In this document: one piece after another, positions 12,160 to 25,635 of the stretch
How positions within the stretch are numbered: the first letter of the stretch is position 1
How the letters are laid out: the number at the start of each line of letters is the position of its first letter
Source of the DNA: Octopus vulgaris
Lineage: Eukaryota
Direction: 5' to 3'
DNA length: 64,000 bases
Assembly (NCBI GenBank): GCA_951406725.2
Contig: OX597824.1
Span: 69,502,001-69,566,000, forward strand
Made by a program: the position numbers and the translations under genes
The notes under the pieces: generated by a model
Told to the model about the DNA's origin: nothing
What the model saw: the letters and a program-made list of their open reading frames with translations, nothing else
Database searches by the model: none

Positions 12160-12493
12160 GCGCGCGCGCGTGTGTGTATGCGTGTATGCAAGTATGCATG
12201 TATGTATGTATGTATTCGTATGTGTGTATATATGAATGCATACACACAAACACACGCATATATTTGCATATATATTCACCGATACGCACTCATGCCTATC
12301 GACTTATATACAACCATACATACATACATACACACGCACACCCACTCATACACATGCATAAATATACGTGCACGTGTCCATAAGCACTTCGTAGTATATT
12401 GACCTGTGTGTGAGTTTGTGACGGATGTGACCTCTACTTCTAACAAGTCAAGTGAAATATTGAGGTTCCATGAGGACTTTCACATTTTGTTGG

Positions 12494-12530
12494 TAGTTGT
12501 AGTAGCAGCAGCAGCAACAGCAACGACAAC

Positions 12531-12583
<53 letters not shown>

Positions 12584-12623
12584 CAGCAGCAGCAGCAACA
12601 GCAACAACAACAACAACAACATC

Positions 12624-12685
<62 letters not shown>

Positions 12686-12724
12686 CAGCAGCAGCAGTAA
12701 CAGTAGTAGTAGTAGTAGTAGTAG
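12494..12724. repeat. Compound (GTA)n/(GCA)n/(ACA)n array
   Basis: Directly visible. Confidence 0.95.
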
Positions 12725-12774
12725 AGTAAGCCGGGGTGTTAATGGCGTGCATCATCGGTTTGTTAGCACACATA

Positions 12775-12923
12775 TACAGGCATATTCGCCTCTCAGATTC
12801 ACTCTCTTATTGCAGAGGTCCTTCAGTTTTTCGAAGCCCTGTAAAAGAACTCGGAAGGTTGGGCCTCCAGCCAAGCCTTTCGCATATCTTTAATGTGGGG
12901 AACTTTCCAGCATCCCCTCGTAT
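12775..12923. mobile_element. Partial mariner-type MITE
   Basis: Matches the internal part and right end of 4166-4379 (GGTCCTTCAGTTTTTC..GGAAGGTTGGGCCTCCAGCC..GAACTTTCCAGCATCCCCTCGTA). Confidence 0.7.
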
Positions 12924-13074
12924 ATATCCTAACCAACGTCCTTATCTCAGGCCAGGTTCAGTAGATTTGTGTCAGTGACTAGGTTGCAGTTAGTGCGACG
13001 AACATTTTCACGCCAAATAATAAAATGATTAAGCGAAGCTAACAGTTTTTGTTTCTTCAGCAAGTTAATCCTTA

Positions 13075-13460
13075 CGCTACGTCACACTACAGTGTACAAC
13101 ATTATGTGGCATTGTAGTACAGTATGCGACACTACACTACTCTACAGTGCACTACACCACGATTCACAACACTTCATTATAGTGCAATAGGCTACAATAC
13201 GCCACATCACATATGCAGCACACTACAGTTATATTATTCCACGATACTATACATTGCAGTGTACACTTTTATACTCCACTACCCCACTGTCCTACACTTT
13301 ACACTACACTGCGGTAGACTACACTTTACTAAAGTACATCATTGTGTACTGCACCGCTGTATACTACACAGTCCTAATTTACATTGCAGTGTATATTACT
13401 AAACTTTTCTACACTAATCTCATGCACTTCACAACACTTCACTGCAGTATACTACAAGAA
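13075..13460. repeat. Decayed (CACTA)n-like pentanucleotide array
   Basis: Recurrent ACACTAC / CACTAC with about 5-bp periodicity. Confidence 0.7.
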
Positions 13461-13981
13461 CATGATCTTATATTGTGTCAGGGAAGAAGGGGTAGATTTT
13501 CTCAAATGAAGCATCAGTGAAAATTGGGTGCGGAGGAAGAAGGCATATGGCGTGGAAGGCAATTTCTTCACGGCGTTAGCCGTATATCTTTAATCAACCT
13601 CAAAAATATGTCTTTAATCATAAAAGCAGCAGCTGATTTTTTTTGACAATTTTTGCTTATATTATTTCCTTATATATATAAATATCTTTATTCTATTTTG
13701 TCTTTTTTTCTTCTTGTTATGTAAACATGATGTTATTCTAAATTTTGAGTATATTTAACAATGTTTAGTAATTTTCTTTGAAATTTTATACTTATTTCTT
13801 CATTTTTTTTTCTTTTTACCTAAGTTTATTGTCATGATAGCCAAAACTATATTTTATGTACAATTTTATGTCAAGTGAGCTGTGAAAATTTTCGAGAGTA
13901 ATAATTTTATTTTTATATTCAAAAACTATCGAATCTACAATATTTATACATCATATATTGCAACAGTAAATAAATAGATGA

Positions 13982-14021
<40 letters not shown>

Positions 14022-15540
14022 AAATAAATAGTTAGATAATAAATAAATAATATTACTACTATCTAGAGTATAAAACGCCATTTTGTTTTAACATTTTGAA
14101 TTGTCCATAACATTTTAAAGCTGAGAACCAACTAACTGTCAATATAAATGATTATATCAATACAAATTCTCAAGTAATAAATGCACTACTTCGTTTTATG
14201 ATTAAAGACTAACGACTGAGGCTGTGAAAAATGATTCTTTCATGCCGCATATATTGTCTCCTCAAATAAAATACATATCCGTCGCTTTCGGGATCAAATC
14301 TAGGGCGATTTCGTTTCGCCTAGCCCTGAGTCATATTGTGCTTTTTTATCACCGTACGGCTTTAAAGATATTTTTTTTTCCTGTGCGAACGACCGCAGCT
14401 TATGGTGTTTAAACAACATTGATACTTTAACTAACTGGTACTGATTATGTTTTTATTATAGAACAGCTTCTATTGCATCATTAAAATTTAATCTGCTTAT
14501 GCATCACCTTTGTAAACCAGTAGATAGTTTATACTCAATCTTTATATATCAGAATATTACATTTGATTTTGTTTCGGAAGCAACGCGAGTATGCGACATA
14601 GATAAGCTGCAACTACGGCGAAATGCATATCTGTCGCTCTCATGAACACTTCTGGGCCGATTTCATTTCACTACCTCTGAAGTATACTGTGTTTAACATT
14701 TGGATCAAAGCTTCCGTATTGCAATCAGAAAGAGGATCAAAATAGTTGACCTCTCCAAAATTATGGAAACTAAAAAAAAATGAAAATGTAAATGTTGAGA
14801 ATATCAAAGAATCAGTAAGAAAGTATCTCGTCACAAACTATGATTCTTTGATTACTTTTCAGAGATTAATTCACATAGTGTTAATTAGGTTATGAGTCGC
14901 CTTTATCTGTAAAATTACTGATGTATTCCAAGAACCGGAAGACTTCGCGTACTTATGGAATTTCAGTAAAAAGCATGTCACTCTGCTTTGAAGTCGAAAG
15001 CAGGAAAAGGTTTGACAATTACAAAAGTGGAAGCGACGAAAACACTGCAGCCGTCTGCAATAATCGAATTTTCTGAAGAAAATTTTTTACTAATATGAAT
15101 TCTAAAACACTACAGAATGTGTTTGTAGGTTAAACATAGCACCCAAGTTAATCTGACATTATAAAACCTACTTAGGATATTTTAGTAGCAAAAATGAACC
15201 AGAAATTTTATTTACAAAGAAAGAATCATATAATACTGTCCTAGATATAGTGTATCCTGAGCAAAGAGTACGAAATTGCCACGACTCGGGGTGCATTTCA
15301 TCATTTCATAATATGTCTACCTGGCTATGCCACACATGCACGACATTCAATGAAGCAGATAACAGAGCCTTTATGTCGGCACACGATCTGCTTACAATAA
15401 ATGAATCTAGTGATTCTAGAAAGAAACACAGTCAAATGCCTTCTTAAAATGAAGCAGTATAGTCAACAAGTATCAACAATACTGCAGCAGTCACCTTTTT
15501 TTTTTCTCTCTTTAGTCATCACATTGCCCATCAGTAATTA

Positions 15541-15586
<46 letters not shown>

Positions 15587-15606
15587 CTACGTTTGCATAT
15601 ATGTAA

Positions 15607-15639
<33 letters not shown>

Positions 15640-15665
15640 TAGAGAGATAGGTAGAAAGATAGATG

Positions 15666-15728
<63 letters not shown>

Positions 15729-15857
15729 GATGGATGGATAGATAGATAGAAACATACATATATGCATACATAATGCAAATTGATTTTTAAATAGCTATGT
15801 ATATATATGTATGTGTGTATATATAAATATATATATGTATATATATGTATATATATA

Positions 15858-15908
<51 letters not shown>

Positions 15909-15959
15909 GTATGTATATATGTATGTATGTATGTATATATGTGTATGTTTATATATTAA

Positions 15960-16110
15960 TGTGTCCGACTTGTTAAAATTCTATTTACTTATTTGTGCAG
16001 CTGAGAATGGCAGTGCATTTAAATTGATGTAATGAATGCATTGTTCAATTAAATGGAGTCGCTTGAAACGGTCGTACTACATCACTACTTGATATCCTGT
16101 TGATTATTGA
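15960..16110 (+). mobile_element. TA-embedded insert with a degenerate long-stem-II hammerhead-like motif
   Basis: CTGAGAA..AGTGCATT..AATGCATT..GAAAC-GGTC-GTA; shares CAATTAAATGGAG..AACGG(C/T)CGTA with 8712-8845. Confidence 0.4.
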
Positions 16111-16187
16111 TATATATATATATATATATCTACGTACGTATATACATATATATACACAAACAAATATATGCATATCAGCAATTGGCG

Positions 16188-16242
<55 letters not shown>

Positions 16243-16282
16243 GGGAGAGATGAATGCATATCAATAAATACATACATACAAA

Positions 16283-16329
<47 letters not shown>

Positions 16330-17170
16330 TATATGTATATAAACACATACACATGCAAATAGCCAGACATGCATAAATGGAAGTATGTATTTTTGCATGT
16401 ATAAAGCAAAAAGTAGACAATACGAAGAACGGACGATGTAAAGAAAGAAAGAAAGAAAAAAAAGAAAGAAAGAAAGAAAGAAAGAAAGGAAGAAAGAAAC
16501 GGTAGCCAAAAAGAAAAAGATACAGAAGAAGAAAAGAAACTATAAACTGAAAACAATAATAGACAAAGAATGATATAAGTGGATCAGCAACAAATGGATG
16601 ACAAGTCGACAAATCATTGGAGGAAAATAATTCGTTAGTAACCATGTGTGCGCGTGTGTGTATTTGTGTATGTGTATGTGTGTATGTGCGTGTGTGTGTG
16701 TGTTTGTGTTACAGTGTGTGTGTGTGTGTGTGTGTGTTTGTGTTACAGTGTGTGTGTGTATTGAGGCTATACGTTGTTGGTGTAGTGGTTGGTCTTGCTA
16801 TTGTTGATACGTGACGAGATGACAAAAAGAAAATTGCATCTGTCATGCATGAATTCTTCTTAGGAAATGAAAATTAGGTGAATAGGAAAAATACAGCGAC
16901 CGAGTACTAACAAGAATGAAAGAAAAAAAAACAATGCAAAAAAGAAAAAAAGGAAATTAAAAGCACAGAGAAGAAAAGCACAGAGAACAAGCAAGTCAGG
17001 TAGATAAGCAACCAGAAAGCCAGGCAGGCAGGCAATATATTAAAATCGTAAGGTACTTTATATTTAATAAGTGGATAGGTAAGTTAGCTATCTATCTACC
17101 TATCCATATTTACGTATGTATGCATGTGTATGCATATATATGATGCTTTCTGTGTATCGTATTACACAAG

Positions 17171-17255
<85 letters not shown>

Positions 17256-17268
17256 ATATATATATATA

Positions 17269-17304
<36 letters not shown>

Positions 17305-17344
17305 TCCATAATATATATATAATATGTATACATACATAGAATAT

Positions 17345-17642
17345 GAAAGCGCGTGGCTTAGTGGTTAGGCATTCGGTTCACGATTGTAATGTCGTGAGTT
17401 CGATTTCCGGTGACACGATTTCACGTTCAACCAATGCATTGAGCTGGCAAAAATGAGTTGCACCTGTATTTCAAAGTGCCGGCCTTGTCACACTCTGTGT
17501 CACGCTAAATCTCCCTGAGAACTACGTTAGGGGTACGCGTGTCTGTGGAGTGCTCAGCCGCTTCCACGTTAATTTCACGAGCAGGCTGTTCCGTTGATCG
17601 TATCAGCTGGGACACCCGTCGTCGTAACTGACGGAGTGCTCC
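17345..17642 (+). mobile_element. SINE family B-related copy
   Basis: Head GCGCGTGGCTTAGTGGTTAG..GTTCGATTTC; same tail as 6853-7241. Confidence 0.85.
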
Positions 17643-17710
17643 TGTATATATACATAATATACACTGTATACTTATATGTATATATCAATATATATATATG
17701 TGTGTGTGTG

Positions 17711-17767
<57 letters not shown>

Positions 17768-17768
<1 letters not shown>

Positions 17769-17957
17769 AAGTTAATACAAACAAGTAAAAACAAAAAACA
17801 CAACAACGCAAGGACGTGGAACAAATATAGTATTATTGGATGCTAAGGAAAGAAGGGAAGAAGGAGGGTTTAACGTTTCGAGCGGAGCTCTTCGTCGGAA
17901 ACATAGGAGAAGGAAAGATCCCGAGAAGGGAAGACAGAGGAAAAAATCGCCAACGGT

Positions 17958-17960
<3 letters not shown>
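17768..17960 (-). mobile_element. Solo 3' end (pLTR) of the PLE family seen at 50486-54597
   Basis: Aligns with 50486-50670, including the identical GTTTCGAGCGGAGCTCTTCGTCGGAAACATA; abuts (TA)n. Confidence 0.8.
17868..17902 (-). ncRNA. Minimal type I hammerhead ribozyme-like motif
   Basis: Sense strand GUUU-CCGACGA-A-GAGC-UCC-GCUC-GAAAC-GUU-AAAC: stem I GUUU/AAAC, stem II GAGC/GCUC, palindromic ACGU stem III; core has C in place of U4. Confidence 0.65.
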
Positions 17961-18045
<85 letters not shown>

Positions 18046-18071
18046 ACATACATATGTATATATATATTTAT

Positions 18072-18228
18072 GGTAAGTAGCTAGCTCACCAACCACATGT
18101 CTCTGGGCTCAGTCCCACTGCGTGGCACCTTGGGCAAGTGTGTTCTATCATAGCCTCGGGCCGACCAAAGCCTTGTGAGTTGATTTGTTGGATAGCAACT
18201 GAAAGAAGCACGTCTTATAGATATGTGG

Positions 18229-18259
<31 letters not shown>

Positions 18260-18405
18260 TGTGTGTCTGTGTTTGTTCCCCCAACATCGCTTGACAACCG
18301 ATGCTGGTGTGTTTACGTCCTCGTAACCTAGCAGCTCGGCAAAAGAGACAGGTAGGCGGGGTTTCAGCTTGGTCGCAGTCAAATGACTGAAGCAAATAAA
18401 AGAAT
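18072..18405 (+). mobile_element. SINE family A
   Basis: Matches other family A copies; internal deletion in the tail. Confidence 0.85.
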
Positions 18406-18530
18406 ATATACATACATACATACATACATACATACATACATACATACATACATACATACATACATACATACATACACACATACATGCATGCATGCATACA
18501 TACATACATACACATATACATGCATACATG

Positions 18531-18601
<71 letters not shown>

Positions 18602-18788
18602 TTCACATATATAGATATATATCTATATAGTCATACATACATGGAAATAAGTATATATATACATATATTTATATATATATACATATATACTCATGTAAAT
18701 TTATATTTATTTATTTATATATATGTATATAGTAATATAAATGTGCATATATATTGCATTATATTGTATTATATCATATTAGGTAGAC

Positions 18789-18862
<74 letters not shown>

Positions 18863-18936
18863 AGAGAGAGAGAGAAGAGAGAGGGAGAGAAATATAGAGC
18901 GATGGAGAAATAGATACATACGTACGATCGTGCATT

Positions 18937-19052
<116 letters not shown>

Positions 19053-19197
19053 AAGGTGTATATTCGATCTGTAAAATAAGCTGAACAAGGCGAGTATATC
19101 ACGATGAGAGAACAGAGGTAGAATAAGTGGAAAAGATGAATGAAGAACAGCAGATTAATAATACACTGAATGTGAAATAGAAGATGAATATTTATTT

Positions 19198-19290
<93 letters not shown>

Positions 19291-19297
19291 CGTGTGT

Positions 19298-19329
<32 letters not shown>

Positions 19330-19794
19330 CTGACAATCATATACAGCCAAGAGTAGTGAACGCGTGAAAAGTACGAGTATATAAAAGTGGAAAACCGATC
19401 TAGCATGAAGATTTGTGGAAAACGTAGAGTTAAGATTTGCTTAAAATGTGGAAAAATTGGATAAGCTATGGACGTGAGTTCAGTTGAAGGATATGTTATG
19501 TAAGTGGAAAAAAACAGATGTGAAAAACATATCAATGGAAAACAAAAATAGATACATTAAGATATGAAAGATTGAATGCATCTATGGCAAAACGACCGGA
19601 GTTTCTCAATCACTTTCATTGGCTTACAGCTTTTTCTGCAAATAGAGACATTGTATTCAAAGCTGAAGGCTTGTGCGACAACTTACAGCTTCCTCGGAGC
19701 CGTTTAACTGAGTTGTATGTTTATTGGGAAAAATATTTTAATGCCATAGAGTTGCTTACATGCAAAGCAATGTATATAATATAATGATAGTTTC

Positions 19795-19968
19795 AAATTT
19801 TAGCAGAGAGCCAGCAGATTTTCAGGGGAGGAAATAGTTATTTTATCATCTCGAAAGAATGAAGAGAAAAGTAGACCTCGTCGGAATTTGATCTCAGGAT
19901 ATAAAGACGGACGAAATGCTGCTAAGTATCTTGTTCGGAATACTAACGGTTTTGCCAGCTCGCCGCCT
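19795..19968 (-). mobile_element. SINE family C (tRNA-derived)
   Basis: Minus-strand head GGCGGCGAGCTGGCA..; ..AAATTCCGACGAGGTC.. Confidence 0.75.
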
Positions 19969-20505
19969 TCATATATTATATGATAAAAAAGAGTTTGTGT
20001 GTATGTGTGTGTGTGCGTGTGTGTGTATGTGTTTGTGTGTGTGCGTGCGTGTGTGGGCGCATGTTCCTTGTGGATTCGAAAACTGAGTTGTCGATTTTGA
20101 GGTATCAAAAGATCCAGTAACCTTTCGACTACCAAATGAAGTATGTTTTTTGCACAACAACTTTTTTATTTTTACTAGAAGAAAAACCTCGAAAACGAAA
20201 TCGGATCGCACAATTTTGAGGTCTTTAGCTAAGGCAGGCAACTCTGCCTGGACTGTCTTAAAATACATGAAGTTTTACCAGGGAATGAAACTTTGAAGAT
20301 ATACCGCCAGCTTTATTAGTATTATTTAGTTGAGAATCTTTTAATATGAAGAATATTTGTGTGTAGCAGACCTATCGCATGGTCTTTTATTTTTTCTTTC
20401 TTAAATACTGTAAATCTGTCTTTCTTTTGATGAAAGGGTATGTTTTAAGAGAGATTTGGCTGCTATTTGTAGTAGCTCATGTTACCACAGAGACACACGT
20501 GTGTG

Positions 20506-20577
<72 letters not shown>

Positions 20578-20741
20578 TGTGTGTGTATGTGTGTGTGTGT
20601 GTTTGTGTTTTGTAGTGGTGATAAAATACTTTTTCTCAGAATATTTTGCATAATAATTTTTTAAAGCAATTTAGACATCTTGCTGCTAACCATTCAATTT
20701 CAAATCACAATTGTTAATTGTTGGAAGTCAGACACATAGAG

Positions 20742-20806
<65 letters not shown>

Positions 20807-22307
20807 AAAACATGCAAATACATGAATATGCAGAATACATACATACAAACGTACACACAGATACAAATACATATTAGGTGCAAGAATGACTTGTGTGGTT
20901 GGGAAGTTTGCTATATAATAATATAATGAAATACGGTATGAGGGTTGAAAACTCCACCCAGAGATATCCAGATATAGATATACATATGTGTTCACACAGC
21001 AACATGATGAACACACAAGTATCTTCGCATACACATACACATACATATATGCATCAACCATCATTTATAGACGCACACGGATGAGTACAAATGTATATAA
21101 TTAGATAAGTGAGCATGCACAAAACCAGATCAATTTAGAAAGATGAAAGTGTGGAAACGGAATAAGAGATATATGTAAAAGATAATCCCAACAGAATGTA
21201 TTTATTATGCCAAACTTATTACATTGAGATTAGTGGAAGCATAATATTAGCTGCCTGGTTGGCTCACGTGGAAAGTAAATGTGACAAATCAGAAGGTGGA
21301 ATGTAGATACATAAGGGTGTGTGGAATGATATATGAGGCAAGTGGAAGGTGAATATATTATGGAAAATAGATGTAAGAAAGGGGATTTGGAGATGCAAGT
21401 AGATCGCAAACAAACAAATGTTTGCAGAAACTTACATGTTTGCATAGGGTCGAAGGGAATTAAATGGGAGGCAAATAAAAGTTGAATGGAAGGCAACCGA
21501 TAAGAAAATAAATAAACAGATAAATAAATAAATAAATACTTAATAAATCGATAAATAAATAATTAAATAAATAAATAAATGAAATGAAATAAACGGAAAC
21601 AGACCACACGTGAATGATAATTAATTGATTTGTAGATAATAAAGTTGTGTGAACAGAATAAACACTGGTTGACCATAAGATGACAGGTAAGTAGAAGGCA
21701 GCCGATAGAAAAAGGAAGTTGAGAGAAGCAGACGATAGATGTGTGACATGTTGCTCAGAGCAAGACTAGCAATGATTAAACTGAACTACCTACCATAAAA
21801 GGACATTCCAATCCTTTTTTTTTATATATATTTAATCCTACATTACCCTGATCTGAAGTAGACGTGACCAATACTTCTATCAGATCAAGCGATTACTGAG
21901 TAGCTCCTTGATTGGCACGTTATAAGGGTTGTGTATACGATTGATAAGGGAAGGCGCGCCAAAACAAAATGGTCGCTATAATTTAGACAAGATGAAAGCG
22001 ACACGAAATCATTTGAAAGAGGCCCATAAATAAATACTTGTGGGTTCTATACGTCTCTTGCAAGGACATAGTTTGAGGCCGCATGTTGAATCTGAAGCAA
22101 TCTGTATCATTGAAGAGCCAGTTTAGCCATTTAAAAACACATATTATTTATCTTAAACTTAACTAATGAGAATTTTAAGTACATGTCAGCTTCAGTGTTA
22201 GGTAATATACAAACACATTTTGCTACACTTAATTATTATAAATAGATATATTTCAAGGTAAGTTTTAGCGTGACAGTAGTAAAGAGTGTTTCGACCGTAA
22301 TTTTGTT

Positions 22308-22480
22308 TCAAATTTTGACATAACGCCAGCAATTTTAAAGGGAGAAGTTATCCGTCTACTTGACTGGTACTTATCTTATCAACCCCAGAAGGATGAAAGC
22401 GAATTCGACATCAGCGGTATTTGAGCCCTAAATGTAAAGCCGGAAGAAATGCTGGTAAACAATTCTGCGAGCTCGTTGTC
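22308..22480 (-). mobile_element. Decayed SINE family C
   Basis: CTGGTACTTAT..ATCAACCCCAGAAGGATGAAAG.. Confidence 0.65.
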
Positions 22481-22499
22481 TTGGTCCATTGTAATATAG

Positions 22500-22995
<496 letters not shown>

Positions 22996-23014
22996 GGTTT
23001 CAAAGTTTTGCACA

Positions 23015-23130
23015 AAGCCAGCAAAGGATGAAAGGCAAAGTCGACCTCGGCGGAATTTGAACTCAGGGAATAAAGACGGACGAAATGCCGATAAGCATTT
23101 TACCCGCCGGGCGAAAGATTGTGCCAGCAA
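23015..23130 (-). mobile_element. SINE family C fragment
   Basis: AAAGGATGAAAGGCAAAGTCGACCTCGGCGGAATTTGAACTCAG. Confidence 0.8.
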
Positions 23131-23247
23131 TACATAGTCAACTCTTGCAGGATTCGAACTCAAATTTCAAAATATTTTTGAAGTGAAGCGACGAAACTAA
23201 AATAAGTTAAAGACTGTTATCTATCGGTTACCATCAGCACCAGCAGT

Positions 23248-23580
23248 GGAGGCGCAATGGCTCAGTGGTTAGGGCAGCGGACTCACGGTCGGAGGATCGC
23301 GGTTTCGATTCCCAGACCGGGCGTTGTGTGTGTTTATTGAGCGAAAACACCTAAAGCTTCACGAGCCTCCGGCACGGGGTGGTGGCGACCCCTGTTGTAC
23401 TCTTTCGCTCCAACTTTCTCTCACTCTTTCTTCCTGTTTCTTGTCCCCGACGTCCTACGCAACCGCTGAGCCTGGGTGCGCATTCATCCATCCGTCGATG
23501 CTCTCGGTGTCGGGGGTTGGCCTGCTTTCTCTTCTGCGGGTCTTACGAATAGCAAAGGACCGCGTTTCGGACTTCTTCCA
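23248..23580 (+). mobile_element. SINE family B head with an alternative tail
   Basis: Matches 6853 up to CTTCCTGTTTC (about 23420), then an unrelated GC-rich tail. Confidence 0.8.
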
Positions 23581-24064
23581 CTACAGACAATCCTGAGGCG
23601 CGATCTTGCGAGCTCTGGGACGAAGACCGCTTCGCTCAACCAACAAACAAACTCAGTACCAGCAACACGCAACCATTTCCTTTTCCTTCTCTACATCTAT
23701 TGTCAAATAATCGATTGCGACATTGACACCAAAACATGTTCTCCGCCCCATTCTAATCACTAACAGCACCACCCCTACTCTTACTATCACAACCACCACA
23801 ACTACCACATCCACTACTATCATTATTATTAATATCGTCACTACTATGAAGGACGCGCGACCACTGTGACTACGACCAATGCTACTATCCTAGCTGCTGT
23901 CGTTAACTTTTTCTATCGCTGCCCTAACCACCACCACGTCACTACAACCGTTACCGTCACCGCTACGTCATCGAAACAAGCATCACAACAACCACTGCTA
24001 CCACCATCACTACTGTTACCACCACCACCACCACCACCACCACCACCACCATCACCACCGCCAC

Positions 24065-24318
24065 CATCATCATCATCATTATCATCCCAATCAGCATAAT
24101 CATCGTTGTCGCCACCATCATCATCATTATCATCACCATCAGCATAATCATCGTTGTCGCCACCATCATCATCATTATCATCACCATCAGCATAATCATC
24201 GTTGTCGCCATCATCATCATCATTATCATCACCATCAGCATAATCATCGTTGTCGCCATCATCATCATCATCATTATCATCACCATCAGCATAATCATCG
24301 TTGTCGCCATCATCATCA
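24065..24318. repeat. 48-bp minisatellite, about 5 copies, built from CAT triplets
   Basis: TCAGCATAATCATCGTTGTCGCC recurs at 24091, 24139, 24187, 24235 and 24286. Confidence 0.9.
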
Positions 24319-24361
24319 AAATCATCCTCGTCGTCATCGTCGTCGTCGTCGTCATCGTCGT

Positions 24362-24395
<34 letters not shown>

Positions 24396-25074
24396 ATCGT
24401 CATCGTTGTCGTTGCCATCATCATCATCATCATCAAGAAATATTAACTGAAACACACACACACCAACATCAATACTATGATGGCATCGTCGGCGAATTGG
24501 ACGAAAGGCGGCAACCATAAACGGTACGGTGTGGTTGTGGTTGTGTTGGTTAGGGGGGGAGGGGTGAAAGTGGTGGTGATGGAGGAGGTGATGGTGGTGG
24601 TGGTGTAGTCGCGATAGTCGTAGCGATGGTTCATGTAGCTAGTGGTCGTGGTAGGAATAATGGGTGGGGTTTCATGGCGGTAGTGACTGGTGGTGGTGGT
24701 GGTGGTGGTGGTGGTGGTAGTGGCAGCGAAAAAGAAGAAATAGATAATAAACAGACAACAAGAACATCAACGATGTCAAGAACAATGGAATAGGTCAGTC
24801 AGCTGGATCAGGGTTGAATGAGGTTACTCAACCACAACGACTAAAGGAAACTAAGAAATACACCCCACCACCACCACCATCACTACCACCATCAGCATCA
24901 TCACCGCCAAAATCACCATTAATAGCACTAATAAAAAACACTGGTATTATTACCACAGCTACCACTACGGATAGAACAGCCAACACCACCAGCAATGACG
25001 ACAATATGAAACACCACAATCACTGCCATCAACACCAGCGCTGTACCAACGCTAGCAATGCCAGAAACGCTTTC

Positions 25075-25635
25075 ACCGCCACCACCACCAACACTAGCAT
25101 CGTCACCAACACCAACACCGCCACCACCACCAGCATCGTCACCAACACCAGCACTAGCATCGTCAACAACACCAGCACCGTCACCAACACCAACACCGCC
25201 ACCAACACTAGCACCGCTACCAACACCAGCACCACCACCAACACTAGCATCGTCAACAACACCAGCACCGTCACCAACACCAACACCGCCACCAACACCA
25301 GCATCGTCACCAACACCAGCACCGCCACCACCACCAGCATTGTCACCAACACCAACACCGCCACCAACACCAGCATCGTCACCAACACCAACACCGCCAC
25401 CAACACCAGCATCGTCACCAACACCAGCACCGCCACCACCACCAGCATCGTCACCAACACCAGCACCGCCACCACCACCAGCATCGTCACCAACACCAGC
25501 ACCGCCACCACCACCAGCATCGTCACCAACACCAGCACCGCCACCACTACCAGCATCGTCACCAACACCAGCACCGCCACCAACACTAGCACCGCCATCA
25601 ACACCAGCACCGCCACCAACACCAGCACCGCCACA
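25075..25635. repeat. 36-bp minisatellite (ACCAGCATCGTCACCAACACCAGCACCGCCACCACC-like)
   Basis: 12-codon period visible as [12 protein letters not shown] in the ORF track; open in several frames. Confidence 0.9.

Noticed and set aside
14560-15170. Unique-looking block that could be exonic or transposase-derived
   Set aside because: Short frames with stops and no recognisable motif
20070-20335. Possible Helitron/DINE-like element (hairpin AGGCA..TGCCT, end CTTTATTAGTAT)
   Set aside because: Single copy in the window with no clear termini
24065-24318. CRISPR-like regular repeats
   Set aside because: Tandem units without unique spacers, eukaryotic context, no cas genes
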